Positions 50,596-63,397 of a stretch of DNA of 64,000 nucleotides are shown here, one piece after another. Under the pieces are notes generated by a model. It did no database searches, was not told the DNA's origin, and saw nothing but the letters and a program-made list of their open reading frames with translations. The stretch spans positions 33,296,001 to 33,360,000 of the forward strand of contig CM059432.1 in the NCBI GenBank assembly GCA_030390025.1, given 5' to 3'. Source of the stretch: Squalus acanthias (Eukaryota). Within the stretch, counting starts at the first letter, position 1. Each line of letters opens with the position of its first letter. The translations under genes were made by a program, and so were the position numbers.

Positions 50596-52582
50596 TTGTT
50601 ATACATGTGTGAGCAGTTTCTCAGGTCACTGGTCCGATTACTGTCTTTTTATCTAGCAGAGAGTATTTGTGACAATTTCTTTTTAATGGTTTTTAGCAAA
50701 ATGTCTTTGGGTATAAGGGTAAGGGAGACACCGTCTGCCCTCTCAGGTGGACATAAAAGATCCCCATACATTACTCAAAAGAAGAGCAGGGTAGTGGGAC
50801 TAATTGGATAGCTCTTTCAAAGAGCCGGCACAGGCATGTGCTGTAAGATTCTATAAGAGCAGCGGAGTTCTTCTGGTCCCTTGCCAACATTTATCTCTCA
50901 ACCAACACTCTTTTTAAAAACAAATGTAGATTATCTGATTAGCTATCTCATTGCTGTGTGAAAATTGGCTGCAGGTGTAATACATTTCCCTACATTACAA
51001 CAGTGACTACACTTCAAAAGTACTTAATTTGCTGTGAAGTGCTTTGGGACATTCTGAGATGGTGAAAGGCACTTTATCAATGGAAGTTCTTTCTTCCTCT
51101 TCAACTCTTTTTTTCCCTTTTGCACTGTCTCTCTCCCTCTTACCCCTGAACTACATCAGTTTCTGTGAAGAAGTGATTGATAAAACCAGACACCAGAGGG
51201 CTCCAAATGCATTCTGTAAGCAGACCTGCTGAAACACTGAACCTTTTTAATGTGCTGTAAATCTTGGGATGGGCTGCACTAAGTTTTTCCTCTCGCTGAA
51301 TAACTGAAGGATTACGAGAGTCGTCATGTTTGCAGAATCATTGGGTACATCCAGATCGCACTGTGCTGAGCTGGAGCTCTTCACCCCTATTTAAAGCTAC
51401 AGTACTGTATTTATCTCAACACAAAAAATACTTCTGAGAAATGAGCCTGAAGCCTGCAGAGAATTTAAAGAGACACTCCCATATTCAGAGTCTCCTGTAA
51501 AAATCCCAACTGAACAATTAAAAAGTATAATATGCAAGTACCATCTCTCTTGGTTTAAACCGGTTAGGCACTGAAAGAAGGAGATGGAAAGCACTGAAAC
51601 AGTACTAAGAGCCATGTCACTCATTGGCCGGAGAGGCTGAGAACTGATGATTCGGCTATTTAAAGAGCCAGTAAACACCAAAACACACAAGAACAGAATA
51701 TGGGAGGTAAAATCCTGAGAGTGGCCCAGCTATAGGGGATACCTGTTTAAAATTGATGAGAACTGATTGGGGAGGGGGGTGCGGGGGCATGTTCATATTT
51801 TCTGTAACGGTATGGATTCGTGGCCAGCTCGGTTTGAGCATTCCGCCTGCATGGTCACTGCAGGTGGCTTCTGCTGTTACTTCATTTTAAAACTGCTGGG
51901 CTTCATGTGGTGTAACTCCGCGCGAGCGAGTCGGAGGATCTGGTAGAAGCTTCTGGGAGATGTGAGACGCGCAATGACGTGTATGGGGAAGAGGGTTTTC
52001 TTGTAGCGTGGCTGAAGTTTTGTTTTGCGCTGCACACCTATTCATAGTAAGATTTGCTGCTAGATCTGTAGGACATTGATGTGGTATATCGGCTGTTTTA
52101 AAAAAAAAAAAACCCCACACAGATCAGATTGGAGTGGAAAGAATACGAGAGGAGGAGGTCTTGAATGCAAATAGTTTTTTCTGTAATCAATGGGGGTTTT
52201 ATTTTTCTTTCTCCTGTGTGTCAGTAACCAGAAGACACAGATTTAAGATGATTGGCAAAAGAACCAGCGGCGATATGAGGAGAATTTTTTTTACGCAGCG
52301 AGTTATTGTGATCTGGAATGCACTGCCTGAAAGGATGGTGGAAGCAGATTCAAGAATAACTTTCAAAATGGAATTGGAGGGCTATGGGGAAAGGGCGGGC
52401 GAGTGGGACTAATTGGATCACTCTTTCAAAGAGCCGGCACAGGCACGATGGGCTGAATGGCCTCCTTCTGTGCTTTACCATTCTATGACTCTTACCTCTC
52501 CTCCCCTCTGTCTGTGCCCCCTCCTTTCCTTTTCTCTCTCCTCCCCTCCCAACAGGTGCCTACCTCTGTCGCCCCTTTTAAA

Positions 52583-52694
52583 AAAAAAAATGAGAAGTCG
52601 CACAACACCAGGTTATAGTCCAACAGTTTTATTTAAAATGTGCGACTTCTCATTTTTGTCCACCCCAGTCCAACACCGGCATCTCCGCATCATG
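52583..52694 (+). mobile_element. PLE family B minimal fold-back copy
   Basis: Same termini and tail GTCCACCCCAGTCCAACACCGGCATCTCCGCATC; flanked by GCCCCTTTTAAA on both sides. Confidence 0.85.
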
Positions 52695-54674
52695 GCCCCT
52701 TTTAAAGCACTCGGTGGCCTCTGCATGCACAGGCCGGATTGATATTGGTGGCAGCAGCAGGTGCTGACTGACAAAAAGTGTTTGAGACAGAGGTGCTTTC
52801 ATCCATCTCGCCCTCCCATTCATCTCCTGAGAGTCCGATGAGGAGTAGCACAGTATGTTCCTCAACAGCAGAGCTTTTGTTTTCTACATATTTTATTTTA
52901 TTTTGTTTCAAAATCTTTAGTGTGCCAACGTTGATGTGTAGTTCTGCTCTACCGCTCCTAAATACAGACCACACAGTCCAACAGAGGAGAGGCACTTATT
53001 TTTCTGAAGGTGCTGAGTCCCCGCTGGGGCACATTTCCACAGACGCCCACTGTCTCCTGCTACCTCACCTAAGTGATCATTCTTCATGCACGAGCCCAGA
53101 CAGTGAGTGTCCACAGGCCATTCTACTAAGGAAGACATCACATCTCATTTCCGATTTCCATCCACTTGTATGCTTTCCAGCGAAGGTCACTAGAGCAATC
53201 CGAAGCAGCAGCCACAACTAAGATTTTAAAATTTCTTCACTGAGGAATTGTCTTGCCACACACTCTGGCTAAAAACAGATATAAACGACTCGTATTAATA
53301 CAATGCTTTACCACATTCACTGAGACAAAGAGGGCTACGTGGAGATTTAAGAGGTTGTAAATTCTGAACGGTTTTGATAAGGTGAATAGAGAAAGACTAT
53401 TTGGTTGGGGAGGCAGTGATGAGGGGCCATTTATTGAAAAATCATGTATCTAAATCTGAATTATTTTTATACGGTGATATTGTTTCTTCGCAACACAGGC
53501 TTTACTTGGACAACAACCAGCAAAGAAACCGTACCTATGTGACTTATTGTTGTACATCATGCCAGTGCTTTCTTGGAAACTGACCACTGAAGCAATCTCC
53601 AATGGAATTTAAAGCACCGACATATGTACTCCTCCATAGCAAGCACCCTTCAAGCCTGTACCCCATATTGCTCTGCTGCCCTGTTTTAATTGTGACAATG
53701 AAAAGCGCAGCTGAGAAAAGCAGCTCCAGAACATAATTCCCTGAAGCTGGCAAAGCCAGCTGGTTTTACCCCAAAAGGCAACTTACCACATTGACAGCTA
53801 AGCAGTCCTGAGTCATTGATTTGTTAGTCCAGTTTCCACCGCCCCCGAAAGTATTCTGTCTCACTGTGGTTACAGTTCCATGGTGTTGGTATTTCTCCAG
53901 TACCTCATCCAAGTGCCGTCCTTTATAAGTGAGCCTAGAGAATGAGTGGGGCGTACCGCAGCACAACTCTAGCCTTAAAACCCACCTCTTTCACGAAGCT
54001 TTTAGCCACCCTCCTATCATCTCGTTCTTTGGCTCGGTCCATTTTTGTCTGGTTAGCTTTTGTGACGCGCCTTGTGATGGTTTTCTACGTCCAATAAATG
54101 CAAGTTGTTGTTGAATGCTACTGCTTTAGAATATTTAATATCTTGTGGTGTTCCAGCACACTGGGAAAATGGAACAGTTTGTTCATTATCTGGAATTATA
54201 CAGCTTTTATGAGTCTCGCTGTGAGCTCCTGCACAAGTGTGGCAGACATTGGGAAAATACACTCTGGTCTGGTACTGTACAGCTCATGTGGAGCCTGTTC
54301 CAGCTTGTACCCTCCACACGTCTGAATCCGGAGTATTGTGCTCCGCCTCCTCTCTCTCCTTCAGTCAGCCCTGCAATCTGGAATTCCCTTCCTAAACCCC
54401 TCTGCCTTTCTACCTCTTTCTCCTCTCCCCTCCAGAAACCTCTTACAATCTCATCTTTTCAACTGTGCTTTTAGTTACCTTCCCCTAACTCGGCCAGCTC
54501 TCCCATGAAGTGCCTTGAGATGGTTTGTTCCATTAAAGTAAGCTGCCAGCTCCTGTAGGGTACGAAGTGGATGAAAAGGAACAATCCACTCCCGTGTGGT
54601 ACTGTACACATCTTGTGTCCGTCTGTGTTGGTGCACACCTGGAACGATTCACTTGCGTCCTGCTTTCATTTTAG

Positions 54675-54821
54675 ATCCTGCGGAAGCTCAAGAGTATCGC
54701 ACTGGACACTGAGGCCGAGCTGGAGCGCCAGGACGAAGTGCTGGATGTCGTCAGCTCCTCCACAGACCAGGCGACATCCCGGATAAACACGAGTCACCGG
54801 CGAATGCGGAAACTCCTGTAG
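54675..54821 (+). CDS. SNAP47: SNAP47 last coding exon (second SNARE motif)
   Basis: Acceptor TTTTAG|, ILRKLKSIALDTEAELERQDEVLD...HRRMRKLL then TAG; total CDS 1260 nt = 419 aa. Confidence 0.93.
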   Translation: MLRKLKSIALDTEAELERQDEVLDVVSSSTDQATSRINTSHRRMRKLL

Positions 54822-57800
54822 GACTTGAGCTGACCAAGTGCTGCAACACTCAGTCATGTTCGGTGCGGCTTGCTCTTCATCAGACCCTCAGCATTTGGAG
54901 AGAATGCTTCAAAGTGCTGGAACAACAGTGGCTCAGGGTGGCAGTCGATCGGGTGCACTTTACTCATCCTGTCCTTCGATTTGTTCGCCCAGCCCCTAAA
55001 GCTTATGGGGAAAGACATGTTTATCTGTACTTGGCTTAGGACTGTTGACAAACTTCATATAAATTGTTGCAACAATCTGTGGCCAGTATGCAGTTCTAGT
55101 GTCTTGGCCGTAGAAGACTCCTCACCACCTACATGTCAACATTCAAAGAGAAGCTAGAAAAATGCTCTTGTCAATCAGAGACAATTTCCATGGCAACTGT
55201 CTTACAGTCTAATGCTCATCTTGTTTTAGAACACTATAAAAGTCTAGCCAATGGTAGGAAAGCTTGCAAAATACTTTCAAATTCAGATGCTGATTTGCAA
55301 CCTGTATTACGTAGCTTGTTTAAAAACATAATTAATTGACTGTAGAATTTTTATTAGTGCACTAATATCGGCTGATTTTTTTTAAAAGGATTATAGATAG
55401 AAGTGCCCCTGAGGCAGTTTACCTCTGTGTTGAGAATGCCTTTCCTCCTGTTTACGAATTTACAGCTGACACCCCACAGCTTTAGCATGCAGAGGGAAGT
55501 CTTGCAGAGCTGTTGAGCGTGCCGATAAGTGTCCTCTTATAGCTTGAACAAATTCCACCGCCACATCATTGCTGCCTCCTCGGGCTTTTCCTGGTCAATC
55601 CCACCCACCAGAGATAAATAGAAAGTGCCAATAATACACAGTTGGTGAAGCAGCACATGGAAGAGAAAAAGAGATTAATTTTTCTGGTGAGATCCATCAC
55701 CAAAGATGTTTCTCTTTTGAGATACTGATGCGATTCTGCCTTTAATTTCAGATTTCCAGTGGTTGTGGCTCTTCCTTTCATCTCGTGCCTCAGAGGACAG
55801 GTTTGATTGATTGGTCATAATTAGGGCTGTAACAAAGCTCTGTTTAGGGGGCTGGGGAAGAGAGTTGAATTTTTGGTCATTGCTGTATGAGTGAGTAGTG
55901 GAGCTGGAATTGTGGAGGATCCGAGCTAGAATAATGGGAAGTGTGTTTGAGAGGGAAGGATAGTAACCAAGCCTAAAATCTGACACTATTGGCAAAGGAT
56001 CCTTAGCTAAGTCAGTCGTTACAGACGCAGTTTTGTGTCACAGAATGGTATCACCCATGTAAGGTGAGTTCCGTCTGTTGGTCGTCCTGTCAGTTACAGC
56101 TTGTGGGTGTCTCTGCCTAGCCTGCACCCCCACAGTAAGGAAAATCCAACAAGTCAACCTGGGCCATACTCGGCAGTCTACAACCAACGGCTAATTGGAA
56201 GCAAAAAGTCAATGCAGTAATGATGTTTAGCCCTCCCTAGATATCTCTAGTATGTGAACATAATGTCACTAGGATTTCAGTAAATGGTCGGTGGGTGGGT
56301 GACATTTTCACACTATGCACTTGAACTGTGGGGAAAGAAACCCAAAATTACAATTACCGATTTGTGCCCTTTGAAATTTGGGTTGTGCCTGAAGAGAGAG
56401 TTTTGAGGTGTACAGCACAAGGGTGAAGTACTTAAGATTACAGCTCTACCACTGCCACTGGTGACGGTAGTGGTGAAGCAATTTAAGATGAAGAATTGAG
56501 CATATCACACAAGATATTTAAAACCAAGTAAAATGTATTGCTTCAAGTATATAGTTTATTGGTACCGATATGCTAAAAAAGCACTGTAGTATTTACTTGG
56601 CATGCTAGTGACATCTAGGGCCAGTGTGTCAATACTACATCGACCTGTATGGTTCTAGCAGTCTCACCAAGACAGCTTGGGTCCTTTCTATTTTGTTCAT
56701 ATGCTGGGGGATGTGTGCTGTCTCTTGGGAGTTTCCTCTATATTTGCTATTTCTTTATAGGCTTGATTTCCTGCCTATTCCTACCAATTGCTAGCTGCAA
56801 ATGCATTTATTAGGACGGTGCATGGCCTCAAAAAAGCTTTACTAGATTGCCAATACATACAGGATTTACTGGTGAAGTTGTAAGCGTACTGTTCATACCC
56901 CAATATAATGTAATGCTAGTTAATATATTCTCCTTTTGATGATAATTGTCCTCAATGGTACTTTTGTGCATGGTATGTAGTCAGTACGTGAGTGCTCGCA
57001 GCTTTGCTTCGGAGATATAAAGGAAAAAGTAGGAGAACCGACCGGGACTGGTGCACCATCCCAGTCTGTGATAAAGTCCAGGGTATAGATTGCGCTTTGG
57101 TTTTAGTGAGTATAAATGGAGCACTTTGTACGCTGAGGGGATATATACACTGGCATGGCATATTTGGCGGGATCTCCTATATAACTTTAAAATGTCTCTT
57201 CTTAACTGCTTGTTGTTATGAATCATAATACACTAGGAGTAGGAAATGCCGGAAATGTGCAATAGATAGAAATGCTTAATGTTGGGATGTTGGATTGGCA
57301 TTGTTTACAGGGATATATCTGTGCTGCAATATAATCTTCTTGTTTTTGGATGGGTATGGGGGTGAGCTGAACTCTCTCTCATTCCCACTCCCACTGCTTC
57401 CAAATTGGGAGATGAAATACTGTGTATAGAAGCACTTTGGATAATTGACATTGAGAGGGGTGCCTACCCATGTGCTACGATGTGCCAAGCCTGTTCTTGA
57501 ATGGAATGGGGGTGGGCAGTTAGGTGCGGAGTGAGGACCAATTACTTAGACTGACCCCACCCTCCACACAAAAAGCAGTGAGAGGAGAAGGAGGTGCAGG
57601 AGGGAGAAAGACTTCAGATAATGACTGAAAATGGTCGAAGCTCTGGCAGCTTGTGCTTTTAGGCATCGATTGGTATGAGTAAGGGAGCAGGTAGAGAGAA
57701 ACAAAATGGATATGAAGGTGACCTGCATATGTTTACTAGTTACATGTCTGGTTTTATAGTGGGAGGAACCAAAGTTCTAAGTTTTGCTGCTAAAGTGGAT

Positions 57801-58924
57801 GTTACTGTGATCCTGGCAGAGCCTGTAGTTGGTTTCTCTGTCTCCCCGGAGCGACATGACCCTTGCACAGAGGTTATGCTTTTCAACTCTGCAAAGTGCA
57901 TTAGCAAGCTGCTGCTGGTAAATGGTGCCTAATCTGTTGCTCACTGGAATCCAGTGCAAGTTCTTGACTTCCACTAGTTCAGTGTTTACTATTGATAGTC
58001 CCACCAAGCTGAGAAATGCCTGAGATACGTGGGTCTTACTCTCGAGACCAATTGGTCTTCAACTGCACCTTATCCTCTAGATATCGCACCTTATTTCCCC
58101 ATTGATCTCCGCCTTCATAAATACCAACCCTACCATCTTCTCATTACAGCATCTGGCTGTGTAACCTGAATTCTGTGTCCTGGCCCTAACAACTTTTCCA
58201 GACAACCCACTATAGCCTCTATTGTAAAGAAATACTTCCGGATGTCAGTCCTAACCTTGCTCTTCACAATCCTGACCCTGTGTATTTTGTCCTGCAGCCC
58301 CGGCTTATATGAAAGTATTGTTCCAGGCTTACTCTTTGTCCTGTTCTCTCTGGTCTATATAATGTTCTCTCAGACATCTATCTTCAAGAGCAAAGATGTC
58401 CATCTTATCTAGATCCTCATAGGTCCTGCTTCTAACTCAAGGGATCAGCCGTGTCTCATTTTTGTCTGTCTCACTGTGTTTGTCTCTTGTTGAGCTACAC
58501 ATTTGGCTGCGACAGTAAGGGGAGCGGAATAAAGCTGAAAAACTTTTTCTCGAGCCACTTGAATTTGCACAGTTATGTCCCTTTTTTTGTAATTTTGTTT
58601 TTAATTCTTAACATGCTTGCTCAGTGTTAGATGTCCATGTTTTACACCTGGCATCAGCCTGTGGACCTCCCCTATCATATATAGCAGGGTTTAGATGTAA
58701 AGTTCCCACCTGCTCTGCCCCAACAAAGTGCCTTATTCCTAATTTCAGAAGAATCCTTTTTTCTTGCACCAACTGTGACATTTCCATTTCCCCACACCTC
58801 GTGGCCTCAGTGAGTGAGATTGCCAATTCAGTGATGTATGTGGGTAGTGTATTGTGCTCTTGCAGCCACCAGGAAACAGTTGTAAACTGTCCAATCTCCT
58901 TTCACCTCGAACCTGATCAGCCAA

Positions 58925-59140
58925 AAATGAGAAGTCGCACAACACCAGGTTATAGTCCAACAGATTTATTTAAAATTACAAGCTTTCGGAGCTATTCTGC
59001 CCCTTCTTCAGGTAAAGTTACACTGACGGCAGGATAGCTCCAAAAGCTTGTAATTTTAAATAAATCTGTTGGACTATAACCTGGTGTTGTGCGACTTCTC
59101 ATTTTTGTCCACCCCAGTCCAACGCCGGCATCTCCGCATC
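58925..59140 (+). mobile_element. PLE family B short fold-back copy
   Basis: About 75-bp inverted arms plus the same tail; TSD CTGATCAGCCAA (58913-58924 / 59141-59152). Confidence 0.9.
58976..59015 (-). ncRNA. Minimal hammerhead ribozyme motif (PLE family B)
   Basis: Minus strand TTAC-CTGAAGA-A-GGGGC-AGAATA-GCTCC-GAAA-GCTT-GTAA. Confidence 0.65.
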
Positions 59141-59291
59141 CTGATCAGCCAAGAGAGAGGCATAATTCAGCCTGGGCTGGATTGGAAACCAAGTGTTTGA
59201 GTTGAAAGGACTCCCACACCACCAAGTTCCCTCACTGTTCACTTTTTGAAGTTTATTTTTGTGAAGAGAGTTGTTGAAATTTCCATGAAAA

Positions 59292-59297
59292 AATAAA
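59292..59297 (+). terminator. Candidate SNAP47 polyadenylation signal (alternative AATAAA at 58528-58533)
   Basis: AATAAA with U-rich upstream and GT-rich downstream context; no transcript data. Confidence 0.35.
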
Positions 59298-59340
59298 TAT
59301 ATATATGTAGTTAGTTTGGAGATTTACAAACTATGATCCA

Positions 59341-61222
59341 TTGGTCCCTGGCTCTCTGGCCAAGAAGACCCGGGTCCTTGATCTCTGGATATCTGGCCGC
59401 GATGTCCCAGTCCATGGTATCAGGATATCTGGCTGTGAAGCCCTAATTCATGGTCCCTGGCTATCTGGCTGCAATGTCCTAGAGCATGCTATCTGGATAT
59501 CTGGCCACGAGTCTCTGGCCTATGGTCCCTGGCTATCTGGCCACGAGTCACCGGTCCATGGACCCTGCCTATATGGCAACGAGTCTCCAGTCCATGGTCC
59601 CTGCCTATCTGGCAACAAGTCTCCGGTCCATGGTCCCTGCCTATCTGGCTACACGTCTCCGGTCCATGGTCCCTGCCTATCTGGCAACGAGTCTCCGGTC
59701 CATGGTCCCTGCCTATCTGGCTACATGTCTCCGGTCCATGGTTCTTGGCTACCTGGCCACGGGTCTCCGGTCCATGGTTCTTGGCTACCTGGCCACGGGT
59801 CTCCGGTCCATGGTTGTTGGCTACCTGGCCACGGGTCTCCGGTCCATGGTCCTTGGCTATCTGGCCACGAGTCTCCGGTCCATGGTCCTTGGCTATCTGG
59901 CCACGAGTCTGCAGTTCATGGTCTCTAGCTACCTGGCCACGGGTCTCCGGTCCATGGTCCTTGGCTATCTGGCCACGAGTCTCCGGTCCATGGTCATTGG
60001 CTATCTGGCCACGAGTCTGCAGTTCATGGTCCCTAGCTATCTGGCCATGAGTCTCCGGTTCATGGTCTCTAGCTAATTGGCCACGAGTCTCTGGTCCATG
60101 GTGCTTGGCTATCTGGTCACGAGTCTCCGGTCCATGGTCCCTGGCTATCTGGCCACGAGTCTCCGGCCCATGGTCTTTGGCTACGTGGCAACGAGCCTCT
60201 GGTCCAAGGTCCCTAGCTATCTGGCCATGAGTCTCTGGTCCATGGTCCTTGGCTATCTGGCCATGAGTCTCCAGTTCATGGTCCCTAGCTATCTGGCCAC
60301 GAGTCTCCAGTTCATGGTCCCTAGCTATCTGGCCACGAGTCTCCGGTCCATGGTCCTTGGCTATCTGGCCATGAGTCTCCAGTTCATGGTCCCTAGCTAT
60401 CTGGCCACGAGTCTCCAGTCCATGGTCCTTGGCTATCTGGCCACGAGTCTCTGGTCCATGGTCCTTGGCTATCTGGCCACGGGTCTCCGGTCCATGGTCC
60501 TTGGCTATCTGGCCACGAGTCCATGGTCCTTGGCTATCTGGCCATGAGTCTCCGGTCCATGGTCCTTGGCTATCTGGCCACGAGTCTCTGGTCCATGGTC
60601 CTTGGCTATCTGGCCACGGGTCTCCGGTCCATGGTCCTTGGCTATCTGGCCACGAGTCCATGGTCCTTGGCTATCTGGCCACGAGTCCATGGTCCTTGGC
60701 TATCTGGCCATGAGTCTCCGGTCCATGGTCCTTGGCTATCTGGCCATGAGTCTCCGGTCCATGGTCCTTGGCTATCTGGCCATGAGTCTCCGGTCCATGG
60801 TCCTTGGCTATCTGACCATGAGTCTCTGGTCCACGGTCCTTGGCTATCTGGCCACGGGTCTCTGGTCCAAGGTCCTTGGCTATCTGGCCATGGGTCTCCG
60901 GTCCATGGTCCTTGGCTATCTGGCCACGAGTCTCTGGTCCATGGTCCCTAGCTTTGTGGCCATGAGTCTCCGGTCCATGGTCCCTAGCTTTGTGGCCATG
61001 AGTCTCCGGTCCATGGTCCTTGGCTATCTGGCCACGAGTCTCTGGTCCATGGTCTCTGGCTACGTGGCAACGAGTCTATGGTCCCTGGCTATCTGGCTAT
61101 GAGTCCCTGGTTATCTGGCCATGAGTCTCCAGTCCATGGTCCCTGGCTGTCTGGCAACGAGTCTCCGGTTCATGGTCTCTAGCTATCTGGCCATGAATAT
61201 CTGGTCCATGGTCCCTAGCTTT
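59341..61222. repeat. 36-bp minisatellite, roughly 50 units
   Basis: Unit GGTCCATGGTCCTTGGCTATCTGGCCACGAGTCTCC; degenerate edges; a few 28-bp deletion units. Confidence 0.97.
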
Positions 61223-62186
61223 CAGGCCGTGTGTCACTTGCCCTCCTGCAATCCTGAGACAGCAGACCAAATTCAGACAGTTTAAGTCTGTAACTTATCT
61301 TGTAGGCGGACATAGGATTTAATTTGTTAATTACAAAAGCTTTTTTTAAAAAAGTCTTTCGGTTATCTTCTGGGAGATTTGATTTTATGCGTATTCCTTG
61401 TGTTCAGCATTTTGTTTTCTATTTCTTATTGTGTGGCCCGAGGGACTCCATGGTATGCAGCCCACAAAAATAAAAGTTTGGTCACCCCTGACTTAACTTG
61501 TACTCGATGCTCCTGAGAAGTGCACTGCCAGACCGATGAAGGAAACAGAATTCCTGCCAGACAGGGTCATTCTGCAAATTACAGCACTGATTTTTAGCTG
61601 GAATTATATACGTGTAGTCATTTTTTTTTGTTTGTGTGGTCTTTAAGATCAACCGTTGATTATAACGATAGAGGGAGTCGAATTTCAAGTGGTTTCAGGT
61701 AATTGTCTACAGACTCTCCGTGTTTACGAAAAGGGTTTGTAATGGGAGCAGGCATATTAAATCTCTTGCTTTCAGTACCGTATTACTGATTTGCTGTATG
61801 GAAATGTACACTCTGCCTGTGTCATGTTTGCTTTGTACAATAATTACCGAAATAAATCTACAAACCACATTACAGAGGCTGCGTTGAAAGTTTTTGGATG
61901 TGTCGGTTACGGCTCCCTTGCCTATGTGTTTACACAGTTCTCCTGTGTTGTGTTCTGGGAGGCATAGCAACAGGGTACATTGGGAGGCTACTGACTCCAT
62001 CTCTGTCTCGAGAACACAGAAATAGTTGGAAGATTTATTAGATGCTCCCAAGGGTAGGCTCAGAGCCTTCCCCTGCGAGCCCCAATCATTCTCCATCAAC
62101 CTTGGTCCGGCAGGTGCTGGTTGATACTGCATTTCCGTGTGTAAGGAACAAAGTTTTAAAAACAAAAAATTATTTCCACAATAATT

Positions 62187-63397
62187 ATATCCACTATAAG
62201 CCCACTGACTCCCACAGCTACCTGGACTACACTTCCTCCCACCACGCTTCCTGTAAGGACTCTATTCCATTCTCCCAGTTTCTCCGTCTCTGCTGCATCT
62301 GTCCGACAATGCCACCTTCCATACCAGTGCTTCCGATATGTCTTCCTTTTCCTCAACCGAGGATTCCCCTCCACCGTGGTTGACAGGGCCCTCGACTGTG
62401 TCCGTTCCATTTCCCGCACTTCTGCTCTCACCCCTTCCCCTCCCTGACCACGATAGGGTTCCCCTTGACCTTACCTTTCACCCCACCAGCCTCCACATTC
62501 AACCGATCATCCTCCGCCATTTCAACCACCTCAGCGTGATCCCACCACCAAACACATCTTCCCCTCTCCTCACCTTTCATCATTCCGAAGGGACCATTCC
62601 CTCCGCGACACCCTGCTTCACTCCTCTATCGCCCCCAACACCCACTCCCCTTCCCACGGCACCTTCCCGTGCAAGCGCAGGAGATGCAACACATGCCCTT
62701 TTACCTCCTCCCTTTCCATCGCCCAGGGCCCCAAACACTTCTTCCAGATGAAACAGCGATTTACTTGTACTTCTTGCAATTTAGTATACTATATTCGCTG
62801 CTCACGATGCGGTCTCCTCTACATTGGGGAGACTAAACGCAGATTGGGTGACCGCTTTGTGGAACACCTCCGTTCAGTCCGTAAGCGTGACCTCGAGCTT
62901 CTGGTCATGTGTCATTTTAATTCTCCGGACCACTCCCAATCTGAGCTCTCTGTCCTCGGCCTCCTACGCTGTTCCAATGAAGCTCAAGAAACAGCACCTC
63001 ATCTTTCTATTAGGCACTTTACAGACTTCCGGACTCAACACTGAGTTCAACAATTTCAGATCATAAACTCTGCCCCCATTTTTTCGAATGGCAGCTGTTG
63101 ATTATTCTGCCATTGCCATTTACACTTCATCTAGACCCATCTTTTGTTTCTTTACTTGTCCCATTACCAGCTCCTTTTACCTTGCACCATCATCCCTTTT
63201 GTTCTTCCTCCCTCCCCCTCCCTCTGTATTTACTTAAAACCTGTTCCATCTCTAACTTTTTCCAGTTCTGACGAAGGGTCATCGACCTGAAACGTTAACT
63301 CTGTTTCTCTCTCCACAGATGCTGCCTGACCTGCAGAGTATTTCCAGCATTTTCTGTTTTTATTTCAGATTTCCAGCATCCGCAGTATTTTTCTTTT
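62187..63397 (+). mobile_element. Penelope-like element family A, 3' fragment
   Basis: YKPTDSHSYLDYTSSH, LVYYIRCSRCGLLYIGETKRRL, GLNTEFNNFRS; frameshifted; same 3' UTR as 22080-22476. Confidence 0.92.
63264..63300 (+). ncRNA. Minimal hammerhead ribozyme motif (PLE family A)
   Basis: AGTT-CTGACGA-A-GGGTC-ATC-GACCT-GAAA-CGTT-AACT. Confidence 0.7.

Noticed and set aside
59341..61102. Long repetitive ORFs (up to 390 aa) as protein genes
   Set aside because: Artefacts of a stop-poor 36-bp unit; open on both strands and broken by 28-bp units.
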